IMG/VR virus record: IMGVR_UViG_3300031110_000003
Span: 1 to 41,937 of that record
Direction: 5' to 3' (one strand)
DNA length: 41,937 nt
Source: a virus
Below are positions 39,711 to 41,937 of the stretch, one piece after another. The notes under the pieces were generated by a model. It saw only the letters and a program-made list of their open reading frames with translations, had not been told where the DNA came from and did not search any database. Position 1 is the stretch's first letter. Each line of letters opens with the position of its first letter. The translations under genes and the position numbers were made by a program.

Positions 39711-39753
39711 ATAATTTTTGACCGCCGCTACAAACCGTGTAGAATCAGGGTGC

Positions 39754-39781
39754 AAAAAAGCCTCCCGGTGAGGGGAGGCTT
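39754..39781 (-). terminator. Rho-independent terminator of the DUF2806 transcription unit
   Basis: agcctccc (39759-39766) / gggaggct (39773-39780). On the minus strand it is followed by a T6 run (complement of 39754-39759, whose first base is also the last stem base). Confidence 0.7.
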
Positions 39782-39844
39782 CCTGCCTGTTAGATTATAT
39801 AAAAAATAGCTTTGATAATTGCGGCGATGGGGAGATAAAGGCGC

Positions 39845-40033
39845 ATGAGTGGCGGAACACTGAAATTGACTAGAGTTATTCAGCAGATAGCATATGAAAT
39901 AAAATTGTACTTAATGATAAGAAGACTTGAACGAATAACTCGTACTTTAGTTATGTTAAAAGCCACTGATGCGCTTTGTGTGGCGCACCAGCTGAACAAG
40001 ATTGTTAATAATTCTATCTTAGAAAAAGATTAG
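39845..40033 (+). CDS. Questionable small ORF (62 aa) convergent with the DUF2806 gene
   Basis: GGAGAT lies about 9 nt upstream. The region is AT-rich. The ORF lies inside what would otherwise be the 250-nt 3' UTR of the DUF2806 transcript. Confidence 0.25.
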   Translation: MSGGTLKLTRVIQQIAYEIKLYLMIRRLERITRTLVMLKATDALCVAHQLNKIVNNSILEKD

Positions 40034-40947
40034 GATTTTTGAATAATCTTAACCTCTCCGCCTAACTCTTTTATATACTCTGCAAATTCTGTAATAAAAT
40101 TGGCGTCGTAATGGCTCCCCAATATAGGGAGTAACTCACGACCGACGCGCGTTAAAATAGATACGCCTAACCTAATTTGATTTTTTGATGTCACCTCAAA
40201 ATATAAATTATTATAATCAAAATATTCTTTAACGCCTTCATTGTTAGGGTCCCGCGATACGCCCTTGCTTCTGCCGGTTGTCAAAAATCCTATATGTTCC
40301 AAATCCAGTAGGTCAACATAGTTGGGGCCAGAGCTTATCGACTTTACGTCTGGAACATACATTCCATCTATCGTTCGGCACAACGTCGATTTAATTATAT
40401 CACTAGTGCGCTTATCCAAGACGGACATCAATTGCAGTGAAGATAGCGAGAACGCGCCGGGCTTTCTTATTTCATCAGCTAGAATTGATGCCCAATGGTC
40501 TCTCATTCTTTCAGTAGACGCTTTTCCTGCGTACTCAGAAAAAGTATTCAGCCAATCATCGTCAACTTGGGGGTGGTCTTCCGGTATGCTGTCATTGGCT
40601 AATTTTTCCGTTGTCTTTTCAGCGACACTTTCTCTGTTTTGTTGACTTCGTAATGCTGAAATAACAGTGTATTCTTTTGTTCTCTGTATCAAATCTGGGT
40701 CTTGCAATCCTTCCGATATAGCTTTTTCGGTATACGCCTCTAAAGATGCTTCTCTAGCTTTAGTTGTGGCGCGGATACTAGAGGATACCTGTTCTCCTTT
40801 TGCTTGCAGTGTATCGATCCACGCTGCTCCAGCATCTCCAGCACCTTTCACTATTCTTGAAATGCTGCGCACAGCCCCCGGTATCTTTAACCAGTCATAA
40901 TTCGCTACTGTTGCCCAAAAGCCCTTTTGCGGCTCCAGTTCGGTCAT
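40030..40947 (-). CDS. DUF2806-family protein (305 aa), immunity-region moron
   Basis: The central block VDDDWLNTFSEYAGKASTERMRDHWASILADEIRKPGAFSLSSLQLMSVLDKRTSDII matches the conserved DUF2806 core as I recall it (DW...F......S.E.M...WA.ILA.E...PG.FS...L..L). The segment is visibly AT-rich. Confidence 0.65.
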   Translation of the reverse strand: MTELEPQKGFWATVANYDWLKIPGAVRSISRIVKGAGDAGAAWIDTLQAKGEQVSSSIRATTKAREASLEAYTEKAISEGLQDPDLIQRTKEYTVISALRSQQNRESVAEKTTEKLANDSIPEDHPQVDDDWLNTFSEYAGKASTERMRDHWASILADEIRKPGAFSLSSLQLMSVLDKRTSDIIKSTLCRTIDGMYVPDVKSISSGPNYVDLLDLEHIGFLTTGRSKGVSRDPNNEGVKEYFDYNNLYFEVTSKNQIRLGVSILTRVGRELLPILGSHYDANFITEFAEYIKELGGEVKIIQKS

Positions 40948-41057
40948 TGTTCCGTCCCCTTATTCAGCTTCTCAAGTTCTCGCGACGTTAGTGCGCATTC
41001 CAGATCATATGCAGATTCGCTTATCCACAGCCACAATTTGCGTGTGCTTCCTCGCAT
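40944..41057 (-). CDS. Micro-ORF (37 aa) MRGSTRKLWLWISESAYDLECALTSRELEKLNKGTEQ, coupled to the DUF2806 gene
   Basis: Hand translation. Its TGA overlaps the DUF2806 ATG (ATGA at 40947-40944). The SD is weak. Confidence 0.3.
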   Translation of the reverse strand: MRGSTRKLWLWISESAYDLECALTSRELEKLNKGTEQ

Positions 41058-41172
41058 TACTCTACATTTAGTTGTCCTAATCTGGTGGTGAATTTTTTCC
41101 TAATATGTTCTTGAAATGTTCTCATTCCTGAGTCATCCTGCCGCACAAACAAGCGTACAGGGAGTATGGGTA

Positions 41173-41430
41173 ATGGGCATGGAAACAAACTACATCGTGC
41201 AGAGCTACAGCAAGGGTTATCGGGGCAAGCTGGTTGCCGATACGCCTTTCATTGCAAAAGATGTGGCGCATGCAAAGCGCACGGCGGAACGCATGGCAAA
41301 TAGCAGTCCTATGGTAATTGCATTCACGAATACCGGCGATGCCGAAACAGGTGATTTCGAGCCGCCTAAGCTTATCTTCGCTCATGGCGATCAATTGCCG
41401 CCAGAAGTCGATGAGATGGAAAAGGTCTAA
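41173..41430 (+). CDS. Hypothetical protein (85 aa), divergent from the DUF2806 unit
   Basis: GGGAG lies 8 nt upstream. Sequence is MGMETNYIVQSYSKGYRGKLVADTPFIAKDVAHAKRTAERMANSSPMVIAF... Confidence 0.55.
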   Translation: MGMETNYIVQSYSKGYRGKLVADTPFIAKDVAHAKRTAERMANSSPMVIAFTNTGDAETGDFEPPKLIFAHGDQLPPEVDEMEKV

Positions 41431-41445
41431 CTTCTGGGGGCGTAA

Positions 41446-41697
41446 ATGATCAGGTATAAGCCGCGCAAGAAATCCAAGAGGGATGAAACCCTTACGGAGT
41501 TGCGGGGAATTGCTGGCGGCTTATCTCTGCTGGAGATGCGCAGAATCATTGAACGCGATGCTACTCTGAAGATGATTTTGCTTTTACCTGAGCCTGTTCT
41601 TGACGAGGCTCTTCTGGTTGGTAAGGCGCTGCAAGCTTGCGCAAAACATCGGCATAGCTCTCCTGAAGATCTGGAGGAAGGCTATCATAAGCCATAA
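41446..41697 (+). CDS. Questionable ORF (83 aa) whose 3' part is antisense to the repressor gene
   Basis: GGGGG SD lies 6 nt upstream and the first ~40 aa look protein-like. It overlaps 41561..41935 by 137 nt. Confidence 0.3.
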   Translation: MIRYKPRKKSKRDETLTELRGIAGGLSLLEMRRIIERDATLKMILLLPEPVLDEALLVGKALQACAKHRHSSPEDLEEGYHKP

Positions 41698-41935
41698 GTA
41701 TCTCACGATACTTCGACGCGAGATCGACCATTGGGCCGGTCCCGCGCATCAGCCATTCAAAGCGCACTTTGAACCGCTTGGCATACATCTCGCCTTTGTC
41801 CGCACGGAAGCCAGAGCTTCCATTCTCATGCCCTGCATAAGTTGGATAAGGCACGCCCAGAGCCTCGGCGGCATCTGACGCTTTTTCAAAACCAGCCTGC
41901 TTGCGAGCGGCTGCTAATCTTTCATGAAGTTCCAT
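41561..41935 (-). CDS. CI-like XRE-family HTH repressor without a recognisable S24 peptidase domain (124 aa)
   Basis: LHERLAAARKQAGFEKASDAAEALGVPYPTYAGHENG is the HTH. It is divergent from the cro-like gene once the circle is closed (ATG = base 125 of the repeat). Confidence 0.8.
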   Translation of the reverse strand: MELHERLAAARKQAGFEKASDAAEALGVPYPTYAGHENGSSGFRADKGEMYAKRFKVRFEWLMRGTGPMVDLASKYREILMAYDSLPPDLQESYADVLRKLAAPYQPEEPRQEQAQVKAKSSSE

Positions 41936-41937
41936 GA
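41811..41937. repeat. Terminal direct repeat, copy 2 (identical to 1..127)
   Basis: Base-for-base identity with 1-127. Confidence 0.9.

Noticed and set aside
41021-41029. Perfect DnaA box TTATCCACA as a replication origin
   Set aside because: It is a single isolated box with no cluster or adjacent AT-rich unwinding element. The iteron array at 2872-2965 is a much better ori candidate. I kept it only as a possible target of the DnaA-domain-IV protein.
1-41937. CRISPR arrays, IS elements/transposases, rRNA genes
   Set aside because: I saw no regularly spaced direct repeats with unique spacers, no transposase-like ORFs or terminal inverted repeats, and no rRNA-like sequence. The only long exact repeat I noticed is the 127-bp terminal overlap.

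Overview
The window is one complete temperate phage genome written as a circularly permuted contig. Bases 1-127 are identical to 41811-41937, so the unique length is 41,810 bp. There is no flanking host DNA. An attP-like copy of a tRNA 3' end sits next to the integrase gene. The layout is lambdoid.

Gene order:
- Immunity switch: a CI-like repressor (41561..41935, minus) and a Cro-like gene (198..410, plus) diverge from an operator region.
- Rightward early operon (198-5301): GapR/DUF2312 homologue, RusA, a replication initiator with iterons inside its own gene, a LexA-DNA-binding-domain-only protein and a DnaA-domain-IV-only protein.
- Accessory island (5354-7381), visibly AT-richer, made of small independent transcription units.
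- Late operon (7385-29008): TerS, TerL, portal, scaffold, major capsid, neck/tail proteins, ejection-type proteins (S74 chaperone domain, lytic transglycosylase domain), tail fibres, then a lysis cassette (GH24 lysozyme, overlapped spanins). I recognise no tape measure, tail tube or sheath, so a short-tailed (podovirus-like) virion is inferred.
- Conversion genes beside attP: an Omp25/Omp31-family outer-membrane protein on the minus strand.
- Leftward early operon (39629 down to 30516, minus): mostly tightly coupled genes (ATGA, TAATG or TGATG junctions) including SSAP, SSB, a NinB-like protein, HNH, DUF551, two Lar-like proteins, Xis and Int. It is driven from a second operator pair.
- AT-rich moron between that operator pair and the repressor gene: a DUF2806-family protein with a coupled micro-ORF and its own terminator.

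The Omp25/31 family, GapR and a GTTC-N7-GTTC motif point to an alphaproteobacterial host (Hyphomicrobiales, perhaps Brucellaceae). This is inference only.

Best candidates for undescribed biology:
- the DUF2806 immunity-region module;
- the adjacent stand-alone LexA-DBD and DnaA-domain-IV genes;
- the antisense lipoprotein/membrane-protein pair inside the tail module;
- the HTH/peptide/operator/secreted-protein unit in the accessory island.

All domain calls come from motif recognition by eye. No database search was run.
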